Source: an uncultured Prevotella sp. (lineage in GTDB: Bacteria > Bacteroidota > Bacteroidia > Bacteroidales > Bacteroidaceae). Taken from it: 64,000 nucleotides of DNA. The DNA is taken from the NCBI GenBank assembly GCA_945830055.1, contig CALZXH010000002.1, positions 17,737 through 81,736 of the forward strand, given 5' to 3'. Below the pieces are notes generated by a model that was given only the letters and a program-made list of their open reading frames with translations, was not told the origin of the DNA and did not search any database. Numbering within the stretch: the first letter of the stretch is position 1; every line of letters begins with the position of its first letter. Shown here piece after piece: positions 19,884 through 30,088 of the stretch. A program made the position numbers and the translations under genes.

Positions 19884-21100
19884 AACAGGGGGAGACCAGG
19901 AATCCGGCATGGAGGATGGCGCATCCCGTCAACTTTGAATTGCGCGACGGAGAGCACTTAGCCATCTACGGCGCCAACGGAGCAGGAAAATCCATGCTGG
20001 TGGACATCATTACGGGCAGGCATCCCCTGCTGCACAACCAGGCGAAATACGATTTCAGACCGAGCCAGCTGCCCTATATTGCCGACAACATCAAACTGAT
20101 CACCTTCCGCGACTCGTACGGCGCCATCGACAGCCAGTACTACCTGCAACAACGGTGGAACCAGCACGAACTGACGGATGAGAATGCCATCGTGACGCTT
20201 TCAAGCGGAGAACTGAGAAAACATGTGCTGCGCCAGGCGCTGGAGCAGAAACCCCGCGTGCTGATTATCGACAATCCGTATATCGGACTGGACGTGACTG
20301 CCCGACAGGAACTTACCGACACGCTGAAGCAGCTCATCAGCAACTATCCTTTGCAGATTATCCTGGTGGTGTCGCGCAAAGCAGACATTCCCGACTTCAT
20401 CACCCGTACCGTGGTGGTGGAAAACATGCACATCGTGGAACCACTCATACAGTTCAACCGAGTGAACATCAGGTATGGCGCACGTACCATTCTACAAAAC
20501 TTCAGCTGGACAGTACAAAAAGGCGAACACTGGGCTATCAAGGGTCCAAACGGTTCGGGAAAGAGTACGCTGCTCTCGCTGATTTGCGCCGACAACCCAC
20601 AGGGCTATGCCGCCGACATCACCCTCTTCGGAAAGAAACGCGGAGGCGGAGAAAGTATTTGGGACATCAAGAAACATATAGGCTACGTATCGCCCGAACT
20701 ACACAGGGCATACAAGCACAACCTGCCTGCCATAGAGATTGTAGCAAGCGGACTGAAAGACACGGTGGGTCTGTACGCCAAGCCCTCCAAGGAGGAAAAG
20801 GAATCGTGCCTGCACTGGATGGAGGTATTTGGCATAGCAGCATTGGCCGACAAGGCTTTCCTGCAACTGTCGAGTGGCGAACAGAGAATGGTATTGCTGG
20901 CACGCGCCTTCGTCAAGAGTCCGCAACTGTTGATTCTGGACGAACCGTTACACGGACTGGACGATGCCAACAGCATCAAGGTAAAACGTGTTATCAACGA
21001 CTACTGCAAAGACCCGGATAAAACCTTGCTGATGGTGACCCACTACGATAACGAACTGCCCGATTGTATCGACAACACCCTCGTTTTAAGTAAAAACTGA
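19859..21100 (+). CDS. Dual-domain ABC ATP-binding protein (ModF-like)
   Basis: [13 protein letters not shown] and [42 protein letters not shown] is ModF-like. Confidence 0.85.
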   Translation: MQQTIIQIEQGETRNPAWRMAHPVNFELRDGEHLAIYGANGAGKSMLVDIITGRHPLLHNQAKYDFRPSQLPYIADNIKLITFRDSYGAIDSQYYLQQRWNQHELTDENAIVTLSSGELRKHVLRQALEQKPRVLIIDNPYIGLDVTARQELTDTLKQLISNYPLQIILVVSRKADIPDFITRTVVVENMHIVEPLIQFNRVNIRYGARTILQNFSWTVQKGEHWAIKGPNGSGKSTLLSLICADNPQGYAADITLFGKKRGGGESIWDIKKHIGYVSPELHRAYKHNLPAIEIVASGLKDTVGLYAKPSKEEKESCLHWMEVFGIAALADKAFLQLSSGEQRMVLLARAFVKSPQLLILDEPLHGLDDANSIKVKRVINDYCKDPDKTLLMVTHYDNELPDCIDNTLVLSKN

Positions 21101-21105
21101 AGAAG

Positions 21106-21600
21106 ATGAAAAGGATAATCGGCATTTTAGTGCTCCTGCTCACACTACAGGCAGCCTACTCGCAAGCTGTATACAACGAAATCTTGAGCAACGCCAAGAG
21201 TACCGCAGCAGACAAGAACGCCAACGAACTGGTAAGACAGGTGGCGCAGTTCAAGGTGGATGCCTTGGATTATCTTCTGATAAAGATGAGAGAGCAGATG
21301 CCCGACTCGACGGCTACGTTTCTGGACAAGGAAGCCTATGCCCTGCATAACTTCATCAGCTACTACCTGAACTCTGTCGTGGAAAGCAGCCAGATGCCAG
21401 CCAACTTTCAGATAAAGGTAGTCAGACTGTTCATGGATGCCTCTTATTCCAACCCACTCTTCAATGACCCGGAACACGAGCTCACGCTGAGTTACTATGC
21501 ACGCACCGACTGTTTCACACGGTTTTCGCTGGACACCGACTGGCGCAGGGCAAACGTGGCGGTGATGCACGAAATGCAGAAACTGAAAGACAACAAGTGA
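21106..21600 (+). CDS. Hypothetical exported protein
   Basis: 164 aa with a signal peptide, 5 nt after the previous stop. Confidence 0.75.
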   Translation: MKRIIGILVLLLTLQAAYSQAVYNEILSNAKSTAADKNANELVRQVAQFKVDALDYLLIKMREQMPDSTATFLDKEAYALHNFISYYLNSVVESSQMPANFQIKVVRLFMDASYSNPLFNDPEHELTLSYYARTDCFTRFSLDTDWRRANVAVMHEMQKLKDNK

Positions 21601-21798
21601 CCGATACCGCCAGAAAGACAGGTGATAACCGCTGCGGTTTGTCACCCTCATATTACAATCCCACGCTATAAGGAATAAAATCATGTTAAAGGAAAAAAAA
21701 CAGGGAAATAAACCATTAGCATGTAGAGAAAAAATTGTAATTTTGCAGGAGAAAAGGATTTTTAGTATTCATATTTATTCATAATTTAGGTAAAGAAT

Positions 21799-22500
21799 AT
21801 GCAGTATTCTAACGAAGTCAACAACATGTGTGTTGTTGCAAAAGGTCCTAATCACGGACCAGCCCCCATTCCAGAAGAAGGGAAATGGATTCAGGCTAAA
21901 GAGATTAAAGACATCTCAGGTTACACGCATGGTGTAGGATGGTGTGCTCCTCAGCAGGGTGCTTGCAAACTCTCCTTGAACATCAAGGAAGGCGTAATTC
22001 AGGAGTGCCTTGTGGAGACCATCGGTTGCACAGGTATGACCCATTCTGCTGCCATGGCTTCAGAAATCCTGCCTGGCAAGACTATTCTGGAGGCACTGAA
22101 CACCGACTTGGTGTGTGATGCCATCAACACAGCCATGCGCGAGTTGTTCTTGCAGATTGTTTACGGCCGCAGCCAGAGCGCATTCTCAGAAGGCGGCTTG
22201 GTTATCGGTGCCGGTTTGGAAGACCTTGGCAAGGGTCTGCGCAGTCAGACAGGTACACTGTACGGAACAGTGGCAAAGGGTACCCGTTATCTGGAACTGA
22301 CCGAAGGATACATCACCAAGATGTTCTTGGACAAGGACAATCAGGTTTGCGGATACGAGTATGTCCACCTGGGCAAGATGATGGAAGCCATCAAGGCCGG
22401 CATGGATGCCAACGAGGCTGTGAAGAAGTTTACAGGCTCTTATGGACGCACCAAGGCTGAGCAAGGTATTGTGAAGAGTATTGACCCACGTAAAGAATAA
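21799..22500 (+). CDS. NifU/IscU-like N-terminal domain protein (Fe-S scaffold-like)
   Basis: GWCAPQQGACKL, IGCTGMTHS and LVCDAIN cysteine motifs. Own promoter TAATTTTG at 21738-21745. Confidence 0.85.
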   Translation: MQYSNEVNNMCVVAKGPNHGPAPIPEEGKWIQAKEIKDISGYTHGVGWCAPQQGACKLSLNIKEGVIQECLVETIGCTGMTHSAAMASEILPGKTILEALNTDLVCDAINTAMRELFLQIVYGRSQSAFSEGGLVIGAGLEDLGKGLRSQTGTLYGTVAKGTRYLELTEGYITKMFLDKDNQVCGYEYVHLGKMMEAIKAGMDANEAVKKFTGSYGRTKAEQGIVKSIDPRKE

Positions 22501-22514
22501 GGAGGACATTGACA

Positions 22515-23528
22515 ATGATTAGAAAAGTAAGTTTCGAGAGCCAGGAACGTCGTATCAAGCAAGTTCTTGCCGCATTGAACGAAAACGGCATCAAGGATAT
22601 TGAAGAGGCTAACCAAATTTGCGAAGATGCCGGTGTTGATCCTTATCAGATTTGCGAGGACACTCAGGGCATTTGCTTTGAGAATGCAAAATGGGCATAC
22701 GTATGTGGTGCCGCTATTGCCATCAAGAAGGGTGTAAAGACTGCTGCCGAGGCTGCCGAGGCCATCGGTATCGGACTGCAGAGTTTCTGTATTCCCGGTT
22801 CTGTAGCCGACGACCGTAAGGTAGGTCTGGGTCATGGAAATCTGGCTGCCCGTCTGTTGAGCGAAGATACTCAGTGCTTTGCATTCCTTGCAGGTCACGA
22901 GAGCTTTGCCGCTGCTGAGGGTGCCATCAAGATTGCCGAGATGGCCAACAAGGTGCGCAAGAATCCTCTTCGTTGCATTCTGAACGGTTTGGGCAAAGAT
23001 GCAGCCATGATTATCAGCCGCATCAACGGATTTACCTACGTACAGACCAAGTTCGATTACTTTACAGGCAAGGTGAATGTGGTGAACCGCATCGCTTATT
23101 CAGACGGTCCCCGCGCCAAGGTGAACTGCTATGGAGCTGACGATGTGCGCGAAGGAGTTGCCATCAACTGGCTGGAGGATGTGGATGTTTCCATCACAGG
23201 TAACTCTACCAACCCCACCCGTTTCCAGCATCCCGTGGCTGGTACCTATAAGAAGGAGCGTGTGCTTGCCGGCAAGCCCTACTTCTCAGTAGCTTCAGGT
23301 GGCGGTACAGGTAGAACCCTCCATCCCGACAACATGGCAGCAGGTCCTGCTTCTTACGGCATGACCGATACCTTGGGACGCATGCACTCTGACGCTCAGT
23401 TTGCAGGTTCCTCTTCTGTTCCTGCACACGTTGAGATGATGGGCTTCCTTGGCATGGGTAACAACCCCATGGTAGGTGCTACTGTAGCAGTTGCCGTTAC
23501 TGTTGACATGGCTATCAACAAGAAATAA
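22515..23528 (+). CDS. GGGtGRT family protein
   Basis: Signature SVASGGGTGRTLHPD; preceded by GGAGG. Confidence 0.93.
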   Translation: MIRKVSFESQERRIKQVLAALNENGIKDIEEANQICEDAGVDPYQICEDTQGICFENAKWAYVCGAAIAIKKGVKTAAEAAEAIGIGLQSFCIPGSVADDRKVGLGHGNLAARLLSEDTQCFAFLAGHESFAAAEGAIKIAEMANKVRKNPLRCILNGLGKDAAMIISRINGFTYVQTKFDYFTGKVNVVNRIAYSDGPRAKVNCYGADDVREGVAINWLEDVDVSITGNSTNPTRFQHPVAGTYKKERVLAGKPYFSVASGGGTGRTLHPDNMAAGPASYGMTDTLGRMHSDAQFAGSSSVPAHVEMMGFLGMGNNPMVGATVAVAVTVDMAINKK

Positions 23529-23562
23529 TCCGTTGTTCATTCAGAACAACCAACCCTTATCG

Positions 23563-23621
23563 GAGTCAAGAACAGACAATCCATGTATTATGGGAAAGAC
23601 GTTCTTGACTCTATTTCTTTT
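23563..23621 (+). terminator. Intrinsic terminator after the GGGtGRT gene
   Basis: GAGTCAAGAAC ... GTTCTTGACTC stem followed by TATTTCTTTT. Confidence 0.7.
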
Positions 23622-23670
23622 CCGCAAGGAAACCGATTAGACACGCAAACTATCTGAGACACCAATCCGT

Positions 23671-24900
23671 ATGACGAGATTAAGAATCCTTTTGGCTGTA
23701 CTGTTTTCCTGTTGCCTCACCCTCCACCTGCAGTCTAAGTGCATCATATATGCGCCCAACATCAAGACCGTTCAGGCTGTAGTCAACAATGACTGGCTGT
23801 CGCCTCCGGTAATGGTACTGAACAGCCAGGACGTCTTACAGATTGACTTTGACGAATTGTCGCATGAGTATCACAGATTCGTCTATACCATCGAACACTG
23901 TGAAGCCGACTGGAGCAAGTCGGAAGGAATTTTCGAGAGCGACTACCTGGACGGGTTCAACAACATCCAGATAGAGGATTATGAGAATTCACGGGGTACC
24001 ATTGTGCCCTACACACACTATAAGCTACAGATTCCCAACGACTACTGCAAGCTGAAAATGAGCGGTAACTACAGGCTCACGGTCTATGACGAGAACGAGG
24101 ACAACAGAAAAATGTTTCAAGTAGAGTTCATGGTGGCAGAGCAGTCTATGGCTGTATCCATGGAGGTAAGGACCAATACTGACATTGACTTCAACAAAGC
24201 TCACCAGCAGTTGGACATGAGCGTGAGATACCCTGACTACAGAGTGACTAACATCGACCAGCAGATTTACACCGTCATCAGGCAAAATGATGATGAAAGA
24301 ACCACCGTAATCAATCCCAAACCTACCTTTGTAAAGCCCGACGGACTGGCATGGAGCCATCATCGCGACCTGATATTCCAGGGAGGCAACGAATATCGGA
24401 AGTTCGAGACCCTCGCATTGAGCCACAGCACGCTGGGCATCGACAAGATGTGGTGGGACGGAAACAATTACCATGCCTATCTATTCTTGGACGAACCACG
24501 CAAGAACTACATCTATGACCAAGATGCCAACGGCGCTTTCTATGTCCGCAACAGTGATAACTTTGAGAACGAGACAACCTGCGACTACGTGTATGTGCAT
24601 TACCTTCTGAAGTCGCCCAATACTACCCGTGAGCCGATATATGTTTTTGGTTGGTGGGCAACCGACGAAGATCTGTCAAAATATGAAATGCAATACGATG
24701 AGCAAAAAGACCTGTATCACCAGACTGTTTTGCTGAAACAGGGTTATTATTCGTACCATTACGTTCAAGAGCAGCAGAATCTGGAAAGCGAGGGCAATTA
24801 TTACCAGACCGAGAACAGATACCAACTGTATGTTTATTTCCGCGGCATTAGCGACAGAACCTGGCGACTGGCGGCCTACCGTCAGCTGTTCTTCAAATAA
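23671..24900 (+). CDS. DUF5103 / T9SS Plug-like protein
   Basis: Signal peptide, IDFDEL, HCEADW, GGNEYRKF, LKQGYYSY, GNYYQTEN. Confidence 0.8.
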   Translation: MTRLRILLAVLFSCCLTLHLQSKCIIYAPNIKTVQAVVNNDWLSPPVMVLNSQDVLQIDFDELSHEYHRFVYTIEHCEADWSKSEGIFESDYLDGFNNIQIEDYENSRGTIVPYTHYKLQIPNDYCKLKMSGNYRLTVYDENEDNRKMFQVEFMVAEQSMAVSMEVRTNTDIDFNKAHQQLDMSVRYPDYRVTNIDQQIYTVIRQNDDERTTVINPKPTFVKPDGLAWSHHRDLIFQGGNEYRKFETLALSHSTLGIDKMWWDGNNYHAYLFLDEPRKNYIYDQDANGAFYVRNSDNFENETTCDYVYVHYLLKSPNTTREPIYVFGWWATDEDLSKYEMQYDEQKDLYHQTVLLKQGYYSYHYVQEQQNLESEGNYYQTENRYQLYVYFRGISDRTWRLAAYRQLFFK

Positions 24901-24914
24901 TCGTCAACTGTTCT

Positions 24915-27377
24915 TCAAATATTACTGCTCCGGTACTGCAATGGCGTCTTGCGCACAGCATGATAGAAACAGGCGATGAAGTAGTTCGGAGTAGAAAACT
25001 TACATGCTGTTGAAATGTCCTCTATCTTGAGCGACGGATCTTTCAACAAAGTCTTCGCCTTCTCTATTTGTATGGCATATACGAGCAATACTGGATGATG
25101 ACCGATATTGTCTGCCACCAACGCCAGGAACTTGTTTCTTGTCATCCCCACTTCTGACAGTATTTTCTGCATATCCAGGTCAGTGGAACCTTGCATGACA
25201 AGCGGCTGCAACTTTATCATGGCATGCACAAAATGCTCATCAAGTGTTTCTTGCTCACTCTGTTTGTGCCATACCAGCCCTGTACCTGTTCTCGAAAGCA
25301 CCTCATTCTGCATGGTGACACAGTTGAACAGATAGCTACGCAAACGCTTGACAATCAGCATTTCCTTATTGCCGCAGAAAAGTTTCTTACGATAAAACTT
25401 CCTATATTCTATAATGATAAGTATGAGCAAGGTCAAGAAGACCAACAAGAATCCTATTTGCACGCCCGACTCCTGCCACCAGGGAGGACTCACCACCAAT
25501 GTAAGCACTGTAGGTTTTTCTTTCCATTCGTATGGAAACATGGATGACTGCACTTCCACGGTATATGTACCAGGCTCCAATGACAGAAGAAGCCTGAGAA
25601 TACCCCGGTTATCCACCAACTCTTTGGCATTGAAATACGAAAGAATCTTCCAGTCTCTCCATTCTGCCTTATAGCCCTTGACCCGTACCCTATAGAACGT
25701 TTGCAAAGGACGGAAATAATTGATGGAAGAGAACGACAAGGCAACAGAATTCTGATTGTATTTCAGGTTTATTGTCTTGGTATGAGCCAAGGCTTTGGGT
25801 AGATAAAGGTCAATATTTTCGTTATATCCTGCACTGACATAATTTCCATTGACCATCATAGAGGTCAATATAGGTTTCAGGCGGAGGTTGGTCGTCTCCA
25901 TCATGGTGAATTTGTTCGGATTGAACGTAATGATATGGTCAGTAGTCTGCATCATGATAGTTCCGTCATCCGTCTTCATCACTCTGCCTGGCAAAAACGT
26001 TTCTGCCGGCACATTGTCCAACTCGTTATAGGCATTGATAAACTTGACACGCCCCTCTTTCACAACTACACAGGCAATTCCGTAACTACTTGAAATCCAT
26101 ATATTGTGCAGATCATCCTCCACCAATGAGTGGATGATATTGTTGAGTATTCCATCCTTGACGGTAAAAACACTGTCAGGTTGTGCCTTCTTGGGGTTTT
26201 TAAACAATTGCAGCCCCTTGTAGGTGGCCACCCATTTCCACCCTCGGCTGTCGATGATGCTGTCATTCACGCCACGCTTGTTCAGATAAGTCTCTTTGAT
26301 ACCCTGTTCATCCATAAGGGCGGAAAATTTCTCAGCCTTTCCACCGCCCTTCCATGCAAAGCGCATAAAAGGCGAGGTAATGGGCTTACCATACAGCAAT
26401 CCTCTTTTTTCCGTTCCTATCCACATTCCCCCTTGGTTGTCAAAGGTCAAGACATTCATATCCGTCAGGAGGCGTTTGCCGCTCATCAGTCTTATCTCTT
26501 CATGGCGCACCAGCGTGTCTTTCTTCTGGTGATACTCCCAATATCCGTAGGCAGAGGGAATGTACAATATGCCTTTACGCTGCACCATATTATTCAGACT
26601 GTAATCCTCATCCAGAAGTTTCTTCCAGGTTCTGCTATTGGGTTGGAAGTGCAACAGAACAGCATGGTTCTTTCCGTTTCTGATTTGGTAGATGGCATCC
26701 TCTGTTTTCAATACAAGCGAGGACGAGTTAAGGTTCTGCCCTTCGTGTTCCGGGTACGCCAGAGTAGAATACAGCAACTTTCCGGTGGTCAGACTGTAGC
26801 ACACAGCCATTCCATTCTCGTAAAACAGGAACAGGGAGTCCTTCCACGTCTCAACATCCTGCAGGTTGTATTTGTGACTGACGGGAAACAGATGTTTCGA
26901 CCTGCCATAACGTATTTTCCCTTCGCTCATAACACACAGTACACTGTCGGATGTGACGAACATATCCTCAATCCGCCCCTCATACCCTTCCGACCTGAAG
27001 ATGGAATCCACATTATACACCAGGTCCTCGGTTGTAAGGTCGACACATGCCACGTCATATCTGTGTTTCAGCCACAGACGCATCTTATTGTCAATATACA
27101 TGTGATAATTGCCCTTATAATTGGGCAGTTCATACCTGGCACTGGGAGCATGGACGGATGCGAAATTGATTCCATCGAAGAAGTTGATATAGCCAATGGA
27201 AGAAACGACCATTCTGCCGTCGTTCAGGCATTTGATGGTCTGCGCGCTATTGTCGGCCAAACCTTGTCGTGCATTTATCTCTCGGAACAGAAAGTCCTTC
27301 TGGGCAACCACATACAGCGGCAGCAACGCAAGCAGCAGTACCAATCTAAACTTATCAAGCATCAAGAATAATCTCAT
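24915..27377 (-). CDS. Membrane-spanning AraC-family regulator with periplasmic beta-propeller/Y_Y_Y sensor, no kinase or receiver
   Basis: Signal peptide, GLADNSAQTI and GILNNIIHSL propeller repeats, LEPGTYTVEV, PPWW followed by a TM helix, C-terminal FSTPNYFIACF...TPLQYR HTH. Confidence 0.85.
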   Translation of the reverse strand: MRLFLMLDKFRLVLLLALLPLYVVAQKDFLFREINARQGLADNSAQTIKCLNDGRMVVSSIGYINFFDGINFASVHAPSARYELPNYKGNYHMYIDNKMRLWLKHRYDVACVDLTTEDLVYNVDSIFRSEGYEGRIEDMFVTSDSVLCVMSEGKIRYGRSKHLFPVSHKYNLQDVETWKDSLFLFYENGMAVCYSLTTGKLLYSTLAYPEHEGQNLNSSSLVLKTEDAIYQIRNGKNHAVLLHFQPNSRTWKKLLDEDYSLNNMVQRKGILYIPSAYGYWEYHQKKDTLVRHEEIRLMSGKRLLTDMNVLTFDNQGGMWIGTEKRGLLYGKPITSPFMRFAWKGGGKAEKFSALMDEQGIKETYLNKRGVNDSIIDSRGWKWVATYKGLQLFKNPKKAQPDSVFTVKDGILNNIIHSLVEDDLHNIWISSSYGIACVVVKEGRVKFINAYNELDNVPAETFLPGRVMKTDDGTIMMQTTDHIITFNPNKFTMMETTNLRLKPILTSMMVNGNYVSAGYNENIDLYLPKALAHTKTINLKYNQNSVALSFSSINYFRPLQTFYRVRVKGYKAEWRDWKILSYFNAKELVDNRGILRLLLSLEPGTYTVEVQSSMFPYEWKEKPTVLTLVVSPPWWQESGVQIGFLLVFLTLLILIIIEYRKFYRKKLFCGNKEMLIVKRLRSYLFNCVTMQNEVLSRTGTGLVWHKQSEQETLDEHFVHAMIKLQPLVMQGSTDLDMQKILSEVGMTRNKFLALVADNIGHHPVLLVYAIQIEKAKTLLKDPSLKIEDISTACKFSTPNYFIACFYHAVRKTPLQYRSSNI

Positions 27378-27500
27378 GTAAAAAGCAAATGAATGAAAGA
27401 AGCCTTGTCTATCGCTTTAGGTTGTGTTATGCAAAGATAAAGAAATAATTTTAAATCAAGCAATAAACAGTAAAGAATAATATTTGCATTTCAAAGACAA

Positions 27501-27546
27501 CAAAATAGAAGGCTTTACCTTACACCCGTGTAAAAGTAAAGCCTTC
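27501..27546 (-). terminator. Terminator after tRNA-Pro
   Basis: GAAGGCTTTAC ... GTAAAGCCTTC hairpin followed by a T-rich run on the minus strand. Confidence 0.7.
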
Positions 27547-27549
27547 ATG

Positions 27550-27622
27550 TCGAGGTGACAGGACTCGAACCTGCGACAGCCTGGTCCCAAACCAGGAACG
27601 CTACCAACTGCGCTACACCTCG
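27550..27622 (-). tRNA. tRNA-Pro (TGG)
   Basis: CGAGGTG acceptor stem, anticodon arm CCTGG-TTTGGGA-CCAGG, T arm GGTTCGAGTCC. CCA is not encoded. Confidence 0.96.
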
Positions 27623-27680
27623 TTTTGCGGATGCAAAATTACAAAAAACATTTCACATCCGCAAACTATCATTTATGTTT

Positions 27681-28868
27681 TTACTTGATAATGCCTTGTT
27701 CCCTGAAAATCTTGGCCAAAGCCTGCACGCCTCTCTCCACCTGTTCCTCGGTGTGAGTGGCCATCAGGGCAAATCTCACCAGCGTATCTTGGGGAGCACA
27801 TGCAGGAGGTATCACAGGATTGATGAACACACCTGCATCAAATGCCAATTTTGTCACCAAGAAGGTCTTGTCAATATCATGCACATACAGGGGAATGATA
27901 GGACTCTCAGTTTCACCTATTTCAAATCCCTCTTCGCGGAAACGCTTCAAGGCATAATTGGTCACATTCCACAAGTTCTCAAGACGTTCCGGTTCCTGAC
28001 GCATGATATGGAGTGCCTCTCTTGCAGCAGCTGTAGCCGCAGGAGTATTAGACGCGCTGAAGATGTAGGTACGGCAGGTGTGACGCAGGTAGTTGATAGT
28101 ATCTTTGTCACCGGCGATAAAGCCACCGATACTTGCCAAGGACTTGGAGAAGGTTCCCATGATAAGATCAACCTCATCGGTCAGACCAAAATGGTCGCAA
28201 ACGCCACGTCCCTCTCTACCGAACACGCCCAGACCATGAGCCTCGTCCACCATCAGAGAGCAGTTGTATTTATGCTTCAACTCCACCAGTTCGGGCAGTT
28301 TGCAGAGATCGCCCTCCATTGAGAACACGCCATCTACTACAATCAGCTTGACAGCCTCATAAGGAAGGGTTTTGAGGATATTCTCCAAATCTTCCATGTC
28401 ATTGTGCTTGTAGTGAAGCTGACGGGCAAAAGAAAGGCGCCTTCCATCCACAATACTTGCATGGTCGCGGTCGTCGCAGATCACATAGTCACCCCTTCCC
28501 ACTACTACAGAGATAACGCCGGCATTGACTGTAAATCCAGTGGAAAAACAAAGACACTCATCCTTGCCTTCAAATTCAGCCAACTCCTGTTCCAACTGAA
28601 CATGCAAATCAAGAGTACCATTCAGGAATCTGCTACCAGCACATCCCGAACCATACCTGTCTAGAGCAGCCTTGGCAGCATCTATAATTCTCTGGTCACC
28701 AGTCAGTCCTGTATAGGCATTAGAACCGAACATCAGCACTTTATGACCTTCCATTTCAACCTCCGTACCTTGTTTGCTTGTTATTGCACGGAAATAAGGA
28801 TATACGCCGGCCTCCATGAATTTCTGGGGCTCACGATAATTCTTGTATCTTTCTTGTAACTGTCCCAT
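27681..28868 (-). CDS. spt: Serine palmitoyltransferase (AOS family PLP enzyme)
   Basis: GVYPYFR, FGSNAYTGL, GSRFLNGT, HASIVDG, DEAHG, GTFSKSLAS. Divergent from a lipid kinase gene. Confidence 0.88.
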   Translation of the reverse strand: MGQLQERYKNYREPQKFMEAGVYPYFRAITSKQGTEVEMEGHKVLMFGSNAYTGLTGDQRIIDAAKAALDRYGSGCAGSRFLNGTLDLHVQLEQELAEFEGKDECLCFSTGFTVNAGVISVVVGRGDYVICDDRDHASIVDGRRLSFARQLHYKHNDMEDLENILKTLPYEAVKLIVVDGVFSMEGDLCKLPELVELKHKYNCSLMVDEAHGLGVFGREGRGVCDHFGLTDEVDLIMGTFSKSLASIGGFIAGDKDTINYLRHTCRTYIFSASNTPAATAAAREALHIMRQEPERLENLWNVTNYALKRFREEGFEIGETESPIIPLYVHDIDKTFLVTKLAFDAGVFINPVIPPACAPQDTLVRFALMATHTEEQVERGVQALAKIFREQGIIK

Positions 28869-29033
28869 ATAAAAATAGGTGTGTTGTCTTTCACATAAGC
28901 AATCAGGCTGCAAAGTTACATATTTTTTATGAAAACACTAAACTTTTTCATAACAAATCTTTCCTTTTGACTTTTTTATGATACAGGAGCGAAAAAAGCG
29001 AAACAATTGTATTACATTTGCATGAGCATCATT

Positions 29034-30086
29034 ATGAAGACTGTAACATTTATAGTAAACCCGCTGTCGGGAACCCACAAAAAGGGGGAAATTCCCAACA
29101 TCATCGGTCAGGCATTGGACAAAACCAAGTTTGACTACCGGGTGCTTTTTACCGAATATTCAGGCCATGCTGCCGAACTGACAAGACTGGCGGCTGACAG
29201 CCATACCGATATTGTGGTGGCTGTAGGAGGCGACGGCACCGTCAATGAGGTAGCACGCTCGCTTGTTCACACCTCCACAGCCCTTGGCATCATTCCATGC
29301 GGTTCAGGCAACGGTCTGGCACGCCACCTGTGCATCCCCATGGATATCAGAAAAGCGATCGCCATCATCAACAAGTGCAACATCGACCTGCTGGACTACG
29401 GCGTCATAAACGACCTGCCCTTTTTCTGCACCTGTGGCATGGGCTTTGATGCCTTTATCAGCCTCAAGTTTGCCGGCGCCGGCAAAAGAGGTCCTATCAC
29501 CTATGTGGAAAACGTACTAAAGGAAGGATTGAAATACCAGCCTGAGACCTATCTTGTGGAGGACGAGACGGGCACCAAACAATACAAGGCGTTCCTGATA
29601 GCCTGTGCCAATGCCTCGCAATACGGCAACAATGCCTTCATCGCCCCACAGGCAAGCATGACCGACGGCCTGATGGACGTTATTATCATGGAACCTTTTA
29701 CAGCTTTCGATGCCCCGCAGATAAGCATCGACATGTTCAACGGCACTCTGGACAAGAATTCCCGCATCAAGACCTTCAAGGCGAAGAGCATCAAGATAAC
29801 CAGGACACACGAGGGTGCCATCCATTACGACGGCGACCCCATTATGACGGGCAAGGATATCGATGTGCGCATCGAGCCTAAGGGCATACACATCATTACC
29901 AACCCCGACACACCCGAGTTTATCAGACAACCGAACATATTCCTGAATGCTTTCTCTGAGTTTTTCAACAACATCAACAATGTGCGTGACGATATCGAGA
30001 AGCAGAGCAGGAGGATACAAGCCATCAACAAGGTGCTGCTCAGAAAACTGACCAACAACACCACTTATCCGAACAAACAGGAATAG
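29034..30086 (+). CDS. Diacylglycerol/sphingosine kinase family (YegS/DgkB-like) lipid kinase
   Basis: IVNPLSG, GGDGTVNEV, PCGSGNGLAR, GMGFDA, YDGD. Confidence 0.9.
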   Translation: MKTVTFIVNPLSGTHKKGEIPNIIGQALDKTKFDYRVLFTEYSGHAAELTRLAADSHTDIVVAVGGDGTVNEVARSLVHTSTALGIIPCGSGNGLARHLCIPMDIRKAIAIINKCNIDLLDYGVINDLPFFCTCGMGFDAFISLKFAGAGKRGPITYVENVLKEGLKYQPETYLVEDETGTKQYKAFLIACANASQYGNNAFIAPQASMTDGLMDVIIMEPFTAFDAPQISIDMFNGTLDKNSRIKTFKAKSIKITRTHEGAIHYDGDPIMTGKDIDVRIEPKGIHIITNPDTPEFIRQPNIFLNAFSEFFNNINNVRDDIEKQSRRIQAINKVLLRKLTNNTTYPNKQE

Positions 30087-30088
30087 GT

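Noticed and set aside
26130-27371. 413-aa antisense ORF
   Set aside because: In-register antisense frame of a real gene, explained by codon bias.
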